Shown piece after piece: positions 50,752 through 60,641 of a stretch of 64,000 nucleotides of DNA. The notes beneath the pieces were generated by a model. The model did no database searches, had not been told where the DNA came from, and saw only the letters and a program-made list of their open reading frames with translations. A program made the position numbers and the translations under genes. The DNA comes from Smithellaceae bacterium (lineage in GTDB: Bacteria > Desulfobacterota > Syntrophia > Syntrophales > Smithellaceae): contig CAXXVL010000002.1 in NCBI GenBank assembly GCA_963667845.2, forward strand, positions 2,976,001 through 3,040,000, read 5' to 3'. The first letter of the stretch is position 1. The number at the start of each line of letters is the position of its first letter.

Positions 50752-51246
50752 ATGGTGCTGAAGGACTATCAAGAACGCTTACTGGAACTTCTGGAGCAAC
50801 TGGAATTAGACATGTCTAATCTTTACAAATTATTAGCCGAGAAATTTCCGAAATACGCGGATTTGTGGGCCACACTGTCCGAGCAGGAAATTTTGCACGC
50901 GAAGTGGGTTAAAGAGCTATCAGTCCTGGCAAAAGACGAAAAAGTCGTCTTCGATGAAAAGGTGACGAGGACCTATACCGTAAAAAAAGTATTGGAGATG
51001 ATCCAAGACACCTACGCGAAGACGCAGGCAAACAAGATCAGTTTAATGAGCGCGCTTTCCATCTGCCGGGATTTTGAGCAGTCCATTCTCGAGAAGGAAT
51101 TCTATAATTATTTTATTACAAAGGATCCGGATGCCAGGGCATTGATCAATCAAATCAGGACAGAAACGTTGGATCATCAAGTCAGGGTAAAGAAAGCGTG
51201 GGAGGAAGAAAGGAAAGTTGCCTTGAATGTGACCCGAAAAGTGTGA
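50752..51246 (+). CDS. Ferritin-like / rubrerythrin-like helical protein
   Basis: LE..MSNLY, EQEILH, FEQS, ETLDH (two ExxH patterns); GGAG RBS. Confidence 0.65.
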   Translation: MVLKDYQERLLELLEQLELDMSNLYKLLAEKFPKYADLWATLSEQEILHAKWVKELSVLAKDEKVVFDEKVTRTYTVKKVLEMIQDTYAKTQANKISLMSALSICRDFEQSILEKEFYNYFITKDPDARALINQIRTETLDHQVRVKKAWEEERKVALNVTRKV

Positions 51247-51361
51247 GGGGTTCTTCCTGTTCAGCTCTTAAATTATTACCGGGGATCGGACGTCGGGTAC
51301 GGCATGACGATGATCAGGCAACAGATGCGCTTCTTTAATTATTTTCATTCGGGCAGGATTT

Positions 51362-51628
51362 ATGACCGATGAAGACCTTTTAAGCGAGCTCGAAGAACTT
51401 GCCTGCAAACTTGAAATAATCATTCGCGACGAGGCGCTCAATCTTGAAGAATCATGGACGAGCGGCGGGTTGTGCCGTATTGAAGGTCACTATGTTCTGA
51501 TTCTAAATTCCAGGGCAACCGTCAAAGAGAAAATTCAGGTGATGATTAAGGCATTACAGCCGTTTAACCTGAGTGATATGTACCTCAAGCCGGTCATCCG
51601 GAATCTGTTGGAAGGAGATGAGCCCTGA
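51362..51628 (+). CDS. Hypothetical protein (resembles ImmA/IrrE N-terminal half, no HExxH)
   Basis: 88-aa ORF with AGGA RBS; LEELACKLEIIIR...GGLCRIEG..VLILN. Confidence 0.7.
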   Translation: MTDEDLLSELEELACKLEIIIRDEALNLEESWTSGGLCRIEGHYVLILNSRATVKEKIQVMIKALQPFNLSDMYLKPVIRNLLEGDEP

Positions 51629-51640
51629 CCTCGGGGATGA

Positions 51641-51741
51641 TTTGATCCCGCTCGCGCGAGACGAGCGTTGATTCTCCGCAGCTTGCCGCGAAATAATGAC
51701 GTTCATTTCATCCCTGGACAGCTTGCCGGAGTGGTTGATTC
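51641..51741 (+). repeat. Miniature palindromic dispersed element, copy 3 (diverged)
   Basis: TTTGATCCCGCTCGCGCGAGACGAGCGTTGATTCTCCGCAGCTTGCCGCGAAATAATGACGTTCATTTCAT...CAGCTTGCCGGAGTGGTTGAT. Confidence 0.85.
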
Positions 51742-51961
51742 ATCAGGCACTTGCCGGCCGCGGTTTTGTTCTTCAGCCTCAGGGAGCATCGGGATCGAGA
51801 CTCAAATGTCCAATCATTCAAAGAAGCAGCGTCATCCAGGTTCCGGCGGCTGTTGCCGCCAATCAATCCTGCAAAAGAGTGTGATGCCGTCCGGAAAATA
51901 AGGCAGATGATTTCATACAGGACCGGGCTGACACGATGCTGACTTAAAGACGGAGTGGAAA

Positions 51962-52663
51962 ATGGAATCTATGCTGTACATAAGCAGTCCGATTAATGCC
52001 CTGCTGGAGGGTTTATATCAGAACGATGTCACATTCGCTACGCTGAAAGAGAAGGGTGATTTCGGTATCGGTACGTTCAATGAACTGGACGGAGAAATGA
52101 TTGCACTCGACGGCTCTTTCTTTCAGCTCGATCTTGACGGGAATGCCATTCCGGTGGGAGGGGAGATGAAAACCCCGTTTGCGGTCATGTGTCATTTCCA
52201 GCCGATGCTGACCGACGAAATTGCCGTTCCCTTGTCCTGCGTGGCGTTCGTCGATTTTCTGAAGCGCTTGCTTCCGTCGGATAATATGTTTTATGCCATT
52301 CACATGGAGGGCGAGTTTAAATCAGTTGAGACGCGCTCGATACCCCGCACGGAAAATTACCACCCGCTTGCCGAAGCGGTCAATTTTCAGAGGAAGCGCC
52401 GTTTCCGGGATATCCGCGGGCATCTGGTTGGATTTTACACCCCTCCCTTCGTTCCTTCGGTCAACGTGCCCGGATATCACCTTCACTTTATCGACAACTC
52501 TTTCTCATGGGGCGGCCACTTGTTGAATTGCGAACCGGTACGATTGGATATCCGTCTGCAGATATTCTACAGCATGGAACTGACCCTCCCGAAAACGCTG
52601 GACTACCTTACAACCTCATTCTTGCGCGATGCGAGGAAAGATCTGGAAAAGGCCGAGAGTTGA
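51962..52663 (+). CDS. budA: Alpha-acetolactate decarboxylase
   Basis: ALLEGLY, GDFGIGTF..LDGEM, TPFA, GYHLHF, GGHLL. Confidence 0.95.
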   Translation: MESMLYISSPINALLEGLYQNDVTFATLKEKGDFGIGTFNELDGEMIALDGSFFQLDLDGNAIPVGGEMKTPFAVMCHFQPMLTDEIAVPLSCVAFVDFLKRLLPSDNMFYAIHMEGEFKSVETRSIPRTENYHPLAEAVNFQRKRRFRDIRGHLVGFYTPPFVPSVNVPGYHLHFIDNSFSWGGHLLNCEPVRLDIRLQIFYSMELTLPKTLDYLTTSFLRDARKDLEKAES

Positions 52664-52700
52664 AACGAAGCGGTCTTTAAAAGAAAGGGGGATGAGGATA

Positions 52701-52880
52701 ATGGGTTCAATCGTTTTGGAGACAGGGAATTGTGCTGCAGGTGCAGGGAAGCGGATATCTTGCTGAGAGTTTGCAGCGGATTGGCTTCACGGCAGGCGGG
52801 GTTTGGAACATTCTTGATCATCAGCGCATTGATACCGGAGTTTTCGTCACGAAAAGAACCGGCAGCCGCAGAAATCATCC
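52701..52880 (+). pseudogene. Possible decayed 5' fragment of acetolactate synthase
   Basis: Across two frames: ADILL / ESLQRIG / FG / RKEPAAA, echoing GADILVESL..G..FG...RHEQAAA; directly after budA. Confidence 0.35.
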
Positions 52881-52984
52881 GGCCTTCCATTCACAGAGCG
52901 CAGAAGCGTTGAATCTATGTCAAAAGCGGAAGCGTCGTTGCAGGCAGCCGACTGCAAAAAATTGCTTTTTGATCGAGATCGACC

Positions 52985-53713
52985 TCAGATTCCCAGATAA
53001 GCCTTTTTGACATTTTCATCATGCAGCAGGTCGGAAGCTTTTCCTTCCAGGGTTATCATGCCGTTTTCCAGGACGTAGGCGCGGTGCGCCAGTTTCAGCG
53101 CCCTGAAGGCGTTTTGTTCCACCAGAAAAATCGTCGTGCGGTGCTCGGCGTTAATTCGGGCAAGAATCGAGAAGATCAGTTTGGTCATCAGAGGTGACAA
53201 ACCCAGGGACGGTTCGTCAAGCAGCAGCAGCCGCGGTTTGGCCATCAGCGCACGTGAAATCGCCAGCATCTGCTGCTCGCCGCCGGAGAGAGTGCCGCCC
53301 TGCTGATGGCGGCGCTCGTGAAGAATCGGGAAAAGCTCGTAGGTATAGGCGAGTCCTTTTTTGATTTCGTCATGGTCCTCTTGAAGAAACGCACCCATTT
53401 CCAGATTTTCGAGGACACTCAGTTTCGGGAAGATGCGCCGGCCTTCGGGAACCTGACAGATGCCCATGGCTACGATTTTGTCGGGGTCCGTCTTTTCAAT
53501 GGGCTGGCCATTGAAGAAAATCTGTCCGCTCCGAGCGGGAGTGATGCCGGAAATTGACATGAGCGTGGTCGATTTCCCCGCGCCGTTGGAACCGATGAGC
53601 GCAACGATTTCTCCCGGCGCAACTGACAGGGAAATGCCTTTGAGAGCCCGGATGCTGCCGTAACAGGTTTCCACGTCAATCAACTTCAGCATCGGCTTCG
53701 TCTCCATCTTCAT
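52985..53713 (-). CDS. livF: Branched-chain amino acid ABC transporter ATP-binding protein
   Basis: GSNGAGKST, VPEGRRIF, LSGGEQQM, DEPSLGL, AYLG; true start may be 53692. Confidence 0.93.
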   Translation of the reverse strand: MKMETKPMLKLIDVETCYGSIRALKGISLSVAPGEIVALIGSNGAGKSTTLMSISGITPARSGQIFFNGQPIEKTDPDKIVAMGICQVPEGRRIFPKLSVLENLEMGAFLQEDHDEIKKGLAYTYELFPILHERRHQQGGTLSGGEQQMLAISRALMAKPRLLLLDEPSLGLSPLMTKLIFSILARINAEHRTTIFLVEQNAFRALKLAHRAYVLENGMITLEGKASDLLHDENVKKAYLGI

Positions 53714-54485
53714 TTCCCAGATAGGCTTTGATTACCGCCTTGTTATTGCGGATTTCCTGAGGTGTTCCCCTCGCGATCTCTTGGCCGTAATCCAACACAA
53801 AGATACTTTGTGCGAGATTCATCACCAGTTTCATATCGTGTTCGATGAGCAGGATCGACAACTCGAAATCATTGCGCAGCTTCGCAATAAGCGCATCCAG
53901 CTCATTGGTTTCCTGTGGATTCATGCCGGCGGCCGGTTCGTCAAGGAGAAGCAGGCAGGGGTCCGTGGCGAGGGCGCGAGCGATTTCCAGGCGTCGCTGC
54001 GCGCCGTAAGGCAGTTCTTTGGCCAACTCATTCACTGAGGCCGCAAGCCCCATGTACTCGAGAATGGCGCAGCTTTCTGCCACAATGGTTTGCTCTTCAT
54101 TGCGCGTGCTGTGCGGACGGAAGATCGCGCCCAGGATGCCTGACGTTGATCGACTGTGACGGCCGATCATGACGTTTTCCAGCACAGTCATGCCGTTAAA
54201 CAGGCGAATATTCTGGAAAGTGCGTGCCACGCCGAGTTTGGTGATGGTGTTGATTTTCAGACCATCGAGCCGTCTCGGCTTTCCCGGTGGGGGATACAGT
54301 GTAATGGCGCCGGCTGTGGGCTTGTAGATGCCGGTCAGGCAGTTGAAGAGTGTCGTCTTCCCTGCGCCGTTGGGGCCGATAAGCGCGGCGATCTCACCTT
54401 TTTGAATATGCAGATTAACGCTGTCGAGCGCGCGCAGACCTCCGAAATCCATGGTCAGATTATTTACATCGAGAATATTTTCCAT
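53676..54485 (-). CDS. livG: Branched-chain amino acid ABC transporter ATP-binding protein
   Basis: GPNGAGKTT, RTFQNIRLF, LPYGAQRRLEIARAL, DEPAAGMN. Confidence 0.93.
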   Translation of the reverse strand: MENILDVNNLTMDFGGLRALDSVNLHIQKGEIAALIGPNGAGKTTLFNCLTGIYKPTAGAITLYPPPGKPRRLDGLKINTITKLGVARTFQNIRLFNGMTVLENVMIGRHSRSTSGILGAIFRPHSTRNEEQTIVAESCAILEYMGLAASVNELAKELPYGAQRRLEIARALATDPCLLLLDEPAAGMNPQETNELDALIAKLRNDFELSILLIEHDMKLVMNLAQSIFVLDYGQEIARGTPQEIRNNKAVIKAYLGNEDGDEADAEVD

Positions 54486-54498
54486 ACTTCACGCTTTC

Positions 54499-55704
54499 CT
54501 AGGGTTTGTCTTGGGCCTGACGAAATTCATGTTTTTTGCGCCGGTCGGCCATCAGTCCACCGGGGCGGAAAATCATCATGAGCATCAGCGCTGCGCCGAA
54601 CAGGATCATCCGGTAATCGCTGAAGATGCGCAGGTATTCCGGAAGCAGGATGATGGCGAAGGCCGCAATGATGACGCCGGCAATGGAACCCATGCCGCCT
54701 AAAACCACAATCGCTAAAATCATGGCCGATTCCAGGAACGTGAAACTGGCCGGGTTGATAAAGGTTGTTTTTGCGGCAAAGAGAACACCCGCCATTCCTG
54801 CCCATGTTGCGCCGAGCGCAAAAGCAGCCAGCTTCGCTTTGGTCTTATCGATACCCATTGCCTGGCAGGCGAGTTCGTCTTCGCGAAGAGCCACCCAGGC
54901 GCGGCCGATGCGGGAATGCTGCAGTCTGTAAATCACGAAAATTGCAAGTCCGCAAAGTGCGATCAAAAGAAAGTACATGTAAATTGCAGCTTGTTCAGGC
55001 GTCAGCGTTAGACCGAAAAAACCGGGACGTGGAATGTTGGAGATGCCGCTGGGACCGAAAGAGAAAGCATTCCAGTTTTCCAGAACGAGTCGAAGAATTT
55101 CCGCGAAAGCCAGTGTGACAATTGCCAGGTAATCGCCGCGCAGCCGGAGAACCGGTAAGCCGACCAGGATGCCGAAAAGAGCCGCGAGGAGGGCACCGAC
55201 GGGGAGCAGCGTCCAAAAGCCGAGGCCGAAATGATAATTGAGCAAAGCGTAACTGTAAGCGCCCACGGCGTAGAAAGCAACGTAGCCCAGATCCAGGAGG
55301 CCCGCGAGCCCGACTTCAATATTCAATCCGAGTCCCAGCATGACGTAAATGAGCGCAGTGGTCATAATGTTCACCTGGTAGTGAGAAAAAATAAAGGGGA
55401 AAATCAAAGTCAAGAGACCGATGATTACAAGGGCCGGACGCTGGAATTTCCGGTTTTCCAGGAGATGGGAAAGCCCTGATACATTTTGGGACGCTGAGTT
55501 TCCGGCTGATACATTTTTATGGAGGTAGAGTTGCCACAGGAAAGAAAGAACAAAGCTGCCCGCGCCGACGCCCAGGATATTGAACCATCGCCAGACGATC
55601 ACATTTTCAATGGTATTGACTCTGACGACCATCACGGGAAATGTGAGCAGAATAAACCAGAGGGCGATGTAGGCGGATCTTTTGATTTCGCGGCCGTATT
55701 TCAT
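54499..55704 (-). CDS. livM: Branched-chain amino acid ABC transporter permease
   Basis: GLAGLLDLGYVAFYAVGAY, LRLRGDYLAIVTL, ALREDE. Confidence 0.93.
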   Translation of the reverse strand: MKYGREIKRSAYIALWFILLTFPVMVVRVNTIENVIVWRWFNILGVGAGSFVLSFLWQLYLHKNVSAGNSASQNVSGLSHLLENRKFQRPALVIIGLLTLIFPFIFSHYQVNIMTTALIYVMLGLGLNIEVGLAGLLDLGYVAFYAVGAYSYALLNYHFGLGFWTLLPVGALLAALFGILVGLPVLRLRGDYLAIVTLAFAEILRLVLENWNAFSFGPSGISNIPRPGFFGLTLTPEQAAIYMYFLLIALCGLAIFVIYRLQHSRIGRAWVALREDELACQAMGIDKTKAKLAAFALGATWAGMAGVLFAAKTTFINPASFTFLESAMILAIVVLGGMGSIAGVIIAAFAIILLPEYLRIFSDYRMILFGAALMLMMIFRPGGLMADRRKKHEFRQAQDKP

Positions 55705-55717
55705 CGCAGAGCCTTTC

Positions 55718-56620
55718 CTACACTTTCTGCTGGGAGGAACGTCCCAGAATGCCGTCAGGTTTGAAAATCAAGATCAGGATGAGGAGTGCAAAGGCAAAGA
55801 CCGATTCATAGTCGCTCGAAATGTAACCGCTGCCGAAGCTTTCCGCCAGCCCCAGAACAAGACCGCCCAGCATGGCGCCGGGGATGCTGCCGATGCCTCC
55901 CAGAACGGCGGCCGTAAAGGCTTTGATGCCCGCATTAAAGCCGATATAAAAATTGATCCGGCCGACGTGAGAGGCAATCAGGATGCCGCCTATTGCCGCG
56001 AGCGCCGAGCCGATGATGAAGGTGCGGGAGATGACGCGGTTGACATTGACCCCGGTCAAGAGGGCCATTTCCTGGTCCTGCGCCGTGGCCCTCATGGCCC
56101 TGCCCATTTTCGTGAACTTCAGAAGAAGCGACAAGGCAATCATGACCGCAGCGGAAGTTAGAATGATGATAAAGTCGGAAGGACCGATCCAGGAACTGAT
56201 CCTGTCGAGAAAACCCGACTGCGGCAGCAGATTGGGGAAGGGGAGAAAATCCGAGGTCTGAGCCAGCATGACGTAGTTCTGCAAAAAGATGGACATGCCG
56301 ATGGCGCTGATCAGCGGTGAGAGCCGCCCGGCCTTTCTCAGCGGTTTGTAGGCGATCTTTTCAACCGTAAAACCGTAGGCCGCGGCATAGAGAATCGCGA
56401 CGACGCCGGCCAGGATCAGCACGGACAAACCGGTGAACCCGTACATGGTGAGTATGGAGGCAGCGATCAACGCGGTAAATGCGCCGATCATGTAAATTTC
56501 GCCGTGGGCAAAGTTGATGAGCTGCAGAATGCCGTAGACCATCGTATAGCCCAGGGCAATGAGCGCATAGATGCTGCCGCGAGTAAGTCCTCCCAAAAAT
56601 AAATCCCAAAAGAAGTTCAT
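55718..56620 (-). CDS. livH: Branched-chain amino acid ABC transporter permease
   Basis: GSIYALIALGYTMVYG..INFAHGE, KAFTAAVLGGIG. Confidence 0.93.
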   Translation of the reverse strand: MNFFWDLFLGGLTRGSIYALIALGYTMVYGILQLINFAHGEIYMIGAFTALIAASILTMYGFTGLSVLILAGVVAILYAAAYGFTVEKIAYKPLRKAGRLSPLISAIGMSIFLQNYVMLAQTSDFLPFPNLLPQSGFLDRISSWIGPSDFIIILTSAAVMIALSLLLKFTKMGRAMRATAQDQEMALLTGVNVNRVISRTFIIGSALAAIGGILIASHVGRINFYIGFNAGIKAFTAAVLGGIGSIPGAMLGGLVLGLAESFGSGYISSDYESVFAFALLILILIFKPDGILGRSSQQKV

Positions 56621-56711
56621 TGACTGTTGCCTGTATCGGGCCGGCATGAGGCGGCTGTTACCTGTGCGACCTTATCCTGGTCACGTGCGGGTGATCGGGG
56701 CGTCCCGGCGA

Positions 56712-57839
56712 TTATTTTAATTCCGTATACGTTCCATTCTTAACCTGATAAATGGAGAAGCCGACGCCGATGGCGTCGCCCTGGTCGTTAAATTTTATTT
56801 TCCCCAGCGGGGTGTCGGTGACATAGGTGCGAAGCGCTTTGTGCACGGCTTTGTATTCCGTCGATTTGGCTTTGGTGATTGCATTAACGATCGCCAGCAT
56901 TGCACTGTAGGCATTGAGATAGAAGGCTCCCGGCTCCGAACCGTAGACTTTGCGATGCTCGGCGATGGCGGCGATCGCCAGCGGGTTCTTCGTCGTGTCT
57001 TTCGGCCCTGATGCATAGACGCCCTCGGCCGCCGGTCCCGCTACTTTGATGAAGGTCTGGTCCTTGACGCCGTCATCGGAGATGAAAATGGTCTTCATGC
57101 TTCGCTTGCGCATCAGCTGCACAACGGAAGCCGCTTCCGGGTGGTAACCGCCGTACACGACCGCGTCCGCCCCTGAATACTTGATTTTCTGGACGATGGC
57201 GGAATAGTCCACAGCGCCGGGTGTGATGCCCTCGTAAAGAACGACTTTGGCTCCCGGAGATTCGTCGAGATATTTTTTTGCATATTCCGCAAATCCTTTG
57301 CCGTAGTCGCCCTTATCATGAATGACGGCGAATTTCTTCAGCCTCAGCGTTTTGAGAGCAAAATCGGCAACCAGTCTTGCTTGTACATTATCAGGGCCGA
57401 TGGTGCGGTGAAAGTTCGGGTACTTGCCGGAAAGGGTTAATTCCGGACTGGTCACGGAAGGCGAAATCACGATAATTCCTGCATCCATATAAGTGCGCAA
57501 CGCCGCCTTGGTGGCGCCGCTGCAGATGTGGCCGATGACGGCATTTACTTTTGCGGAAACCAGCTTGGTGGCTGCATTCGTCGCGAGTTCAGGTTTACAG
57601 GCCTCATCTTCGATCAGCAGTTCCAGTTTTTTCCCGGCAATCCCGCCCTGCGCATTTACTTTTTTAACGACCAGTTCGGCCGCATGAACGGTGGGAATCC
57701 CGTATGACGCCAGGTCGCCGGTATGAGATCCCGCGATGCCTATTTTAATCGTCTCGGCACCGAGTGCCGTCGAGACCGTTCCAAGAATCATTAAAAAGAA
57801 GGGGATCGCAATCCATCGGAAAAGAAGTTTATTTTTCAT
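56712..57839 (-). CDS. livK: Branched-chain amino acid ABC substrate-binding protein (LivK/LivJ)
   Basis: Signal peptide, GHICSG, HDKGDYGKG, YGGYHPE; GGAG RBS before 57839. Confidence 0.88.
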   Translation of the reverse strand: MKNKLLFRWIAIPFFLMILGTVSTALGAETIKIGIAGSHTGDLASYGIPTVHAAELVVKKVNAQGGIAGKKLELLIEDEACKPELATNAATKLVSAKVNAVIGHICSGATKAALRTYMDAGIIVISPSVTSPELTLSGKYPNFHRTIGPDNVQARLVADFALKTLRLKKFAVIHDKGDYGKGFAEYAKKYLDESPGAKVVLYEGITPGAVDYSAIVQKIKYSGADAVVYGGYHPEAASVVQLMRKRSMKTIFISDDGVKDQTFIKVAGPAAEGVYASGPKDTTKNPLAIAAIAEHRKVYGSEPGAFYLNAYSAMLAIVNAITKAKSTEYKAVHKALRTYVTDTPLGKIKFNDQGDAIGVGFSIYQVKNGTYTELK

Positions 57840-58024
57840 TCTGTGCTCCCGCATAAGATGGTGCAAAACTACTACTTGAAAAGGTCTGCCGCGTCAAGAC
57901 GCAATCAATGCCTGAATTCAACCAGACTTCATACGGCCGCATTGGGACTTGTCAACCCGTCGGGATGATGTTAAGGCAGGAAACAACCGGTAACGGAGAA
58001 AGCTTTATGGGCGGTAAACCCGGG

Positions 58025-59566
58025 ATGAATAAACTCTATTCTTTCAATAAAAAAGATATTGAACAGATGAAGGCGCTGGGCTTGAAGCCTTCCGATGTGC
58101 ACGGGCAGTTGGAGACTTACGGTCGCGGTTCGCGATTTATCAAACTCATCCGCCCCTGTAATCCCGGTGACGGCGTTCGATCTTATACAGCAGCCGAACG
58201 ACGGCACTTTATCAGCCTCTACGATCGTGAAGCCCAGAAACACAGCATTCTGAAATTTGTGCCGGCATCAGGAGCCGCAAGCCGGATGTTTGCTTCGTGG
58301 TTTGCGGCGGCCGAGCAGGGTAGCTTCGGAAACGATGCACTCGACCGGTCTTTTTTCGCTGATCTTAATAAAATGCCTTTCATCTCGATGCTTCGGAAAG
58401 ACCGCCGCATCCGCTTGCCGATGAGTGAAAGGAAAGTCCGTCCGGTCCTGAATCACATCCTCCTCTCCGCCGGTCTCCGATTCGGCTGGCTGCCCAAGGC
58501 ACTTATTCCTTTTCATGCTTATCCGGATGGTGAAGTGAGAACGGCGCTGGAAGAACATCTCGAAGAGGCTGCCGATTTCATTGGCGGTAGTGAGGGGCTC
58601 TGCCGGCTGCATCTGACGATTTCCGAAGAGCACGCCTCCGCGGTGAAGTCGCTGCTGAGATCAGTGCTTCCGGAATATGAAAAACGGTTAAATGTCCGAT
58701 TGGACATTGGGCTGTCGGTCCAGTCGCAGGCGACGGTAATTTTAGCCGCTGATGAGAATAACCTGCCGTTTCGGGATAACAACGGCCGTCTGGTCTTCAG
58801 ACCCGGCGGGCATGGTGCGCTGCTTCAGAACCTTCAGACTTTGGATGCCGATCTCATCTATATCAAAAATATCGATAATATCGCTCCCGTCGCTCGGCAG
58901 AAAAAAATATTGCCCTACAAAAAAATGCTCGGGGGACTGGCGCTTGAATTGCGGCATCGTTCCTTCGCGATACTTGAGCGGTTGAAAGAAGTTCGGTCCG
59001 GAGCCGGCGACCTGCGCAGCATGGTGGACTTTTGCCGCACTGAATTTAACACAACCCTGCCGCGGGGGTTTTCAAAATGGGCGCCGGGCGAAAAAAGAAA
59101 GTGGATATTTCAACGATTGAATCGTCCGCTGCGGGTCTGCGGGGTGGTGCGAAATGAAGGTGAGCCGGGAGGCGGCCCTTTCTGGGTTCGGGAAAACGAT
59201 CAGTCGAGTACGCTGCAGATTATTGAATCAGTCCAGGTCAACCGGCGTCTGAAGAGGCAGGCGGACATCTGGTCGCAGGCTTCGTATTTTAATCCGGTCG
59301 ATATGGTGTGCTGCACGAAGAATTATCTGGGAGAGAAATTCGATCTGGCCGATTTTGTCAATCGGGACGCCTATTCCATAAGCCCCAAAACGGAAAAGGG
59401 GCGCCGTCTCAAGGCCCAGGAGCTGCCCGGACTCTGGAACGGCGGCATGGCTTACTGGAATACGGTTTTTGTTGAATTGCCGCTGGCGGTTTTCAATCCG
59501 GTCAAAAGCATCAATGATCTCTTACGTCCCGAGCACCTTGCCGGCAGAATATCGCATAAACGCTAA
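58025..59566 (+). CDS. DUF4301 family protein
   Basis: KFVPASGAASRMF, FRPGGHGALL, IKNIDN, GEPGGGPF, FNPVD, ELPGLWNG; start uncertain. Confidence 0.82.
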   Translation: MNKLYSFNKKDIEQMKALGLKPSDVHGQLETYGRGSRFIKLIRPCNPGDGVRSYTAAERRHFISLYDREAQKHSILKFVPASGAASRMFASWFAAAEQGSFGNDALDRSFFADLNKMPFISMLRKDRRIRLPMSERKVRPVLNHILLSAGLRFGWLPKALIPFHAYPDGEVRTALEEHLEEAADFIGGSEGLCRLHLTISEEHASAVKSLLRSVLPEYEKRLNVRLDIGLSVQSQATVILAADENNLPFRDNNGRLVFRPGGHGALLQNLQTLDADLIYIKNIDNIAPVARQKKILPYKKMLGGLALELRHRSFAILERLKEVRSGAGDLRSMVDFCRTEFNTTLPRGFSKWAPGEKRKWIFQRLNRPLRVCGVVRNEGEPGGGPFWVRENDQSSTLQIIESVQVNRRLKRQADIWSQASYFNPVDMVCCTKNYLGEKFDLADFVNRDAYSISPKTEKGRRLKAQELPGLWNGGMAYWNTVFVELPLAVFNPVKSINDLLRPEHLAGRISHKR

Positions 59567-59585
59567 ACCCGACCCCGCGCGTAAG

Positions 59586-60557
59586 TTACATGATCCGCGA
59601 CTCGCAATCCTCTTTCGATGCCGCTCTACTCATCAGTGATGCAGCCTGACCCCGGAAGGTGCAAATCACTTCGGCTTCCCGGTCGGCCGGAGCATCGGAG
59701 TAACGGACGCACAAGGCGGCAGCGAATTCTTTTGCGGAATCATTTCCATAGGGGATAAGAACATAAGGGCCAGGATGAACGGCCATGTTGAGAACCAGAT
59801 CCTCGTCGCCGGTGAGGCGGCGCAAGGACTCGTTATCGGCATGATTGCGGCCGACGATAATTTTTACGCCGCCGGGCGTTCGAAAATGCCTGCCATGCTT
59901 CAGCAGATCATAGTCCCTGGTCTGCCGGTCCTCACCCCGGGCTAAGAGATCGCGCAGCCGGTGTGAAAACATCGGGTCGGTCAAGAGACAACCACCGGCA
60001 GGCGGAGGGTACTGCCGGATACCGAATTCATCCGCCAGCCGCATTTGTTCTTTTCGCCCCCGCCCAGAAATATCCAAGAGCTGCAGGCGGTCAATGACGC
60101 CGTCACGCTCCGCCTTGATCGGGTCAAGAAGTTGTCCGGAGAGCGGCCTCAGAATGTAGTCGGCATAACCGGAATTTTTAGCAACGACATAAAGGGATTG
60201 TCGGGTCTGAGACATGGGCCGCTGCCCCAGAACCTCGCCCGTCACGAGAAATGCGGCTCCGGTTTCTTCCATTGTTCTGCCGGCAAGACGCAGCATCAGC
60301 GTGTGACAATCAATGCAGGGATTCATGTTCTTGCCGTAGCCGTAGCGCGGGGCCTTCAGCATCTGCAAATGCTCCGTGGTTATATCGTGAATCAGCAGGG
60401 GTAAACCGATCTGATCGGCCGCAGCTTGCGCTTTATCGGCTCCGAAGAAGGGCGTCGTATAGGTCAGGCCCGTAACGTCAATTTTTTGTTTTTGCACCAG
60501 TTTCACGGCGAGGATGCTGTCCAGTCCGCCGGACAGCAGTGCAATTGCTTTGGCCAT
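59586..60557 (-). CDS. PP-loop tRNA thiolase-like protein (ThiI/MnmA-related)
   Basis: LSGGLDS, NPCIDC, TGEVLGQRPMSQ, PAGGCLL, GRHFR; no N-terminal THUMP. Confidence 0.8.
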   Translation of the reverse strand: MAKAIALLSGGLDSILAVKLVQKQKIDVTGLTYTTPFFGADKAQAAADQIGLPLLIHDITTEHLQMLKAPRYGYGKNMNPCIDCHTLMLRLAGRTMEETGAAFLVTGEVLGQRPMSQTRQSLYVVAKNSGYADYILRPLSGQLLDPIKAERDGVIDRLQLLDISGRGRKEQMRLADEFGIRQYPPPAGGCLLTDPMFSHRLRDLLARGEDRQTRDYDLLKHGRHFRTPGGVKIIVGRNHADNESLRRLTGDEDLVLNMAVHPGPYVLIPYGNDSAKEFAAALCVRYSDAPADREAEVICTFRGQAASLMSRAASKEDCESRIM

Positions 60558-60641
60558 CGTCAGAAATCCAATCTAAAAAATAAGAGCACCGGGAGGATGA
60601 TCCGCAGCGCTCGGAGTAATGATATCTTCAGCGGCAGGTGG

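Noticed and set aside
50396..50761. 121-aa ORF as a real gene
   Set aside because: Chimera of a GGDEF remnant and non-coding sequence covering the next gene's upstream region
51668..51942. Short ORFs or a riboswitch upstream of budA
   Set aside because: Two of the ORFs begin inside the repeat, none has motifs; no recognisable aptamer consensus
53676..53713. livG/livF overlap as something unusual
   Set aside because: Short overlaps are normal in liv operons and shrink with the 53692 start
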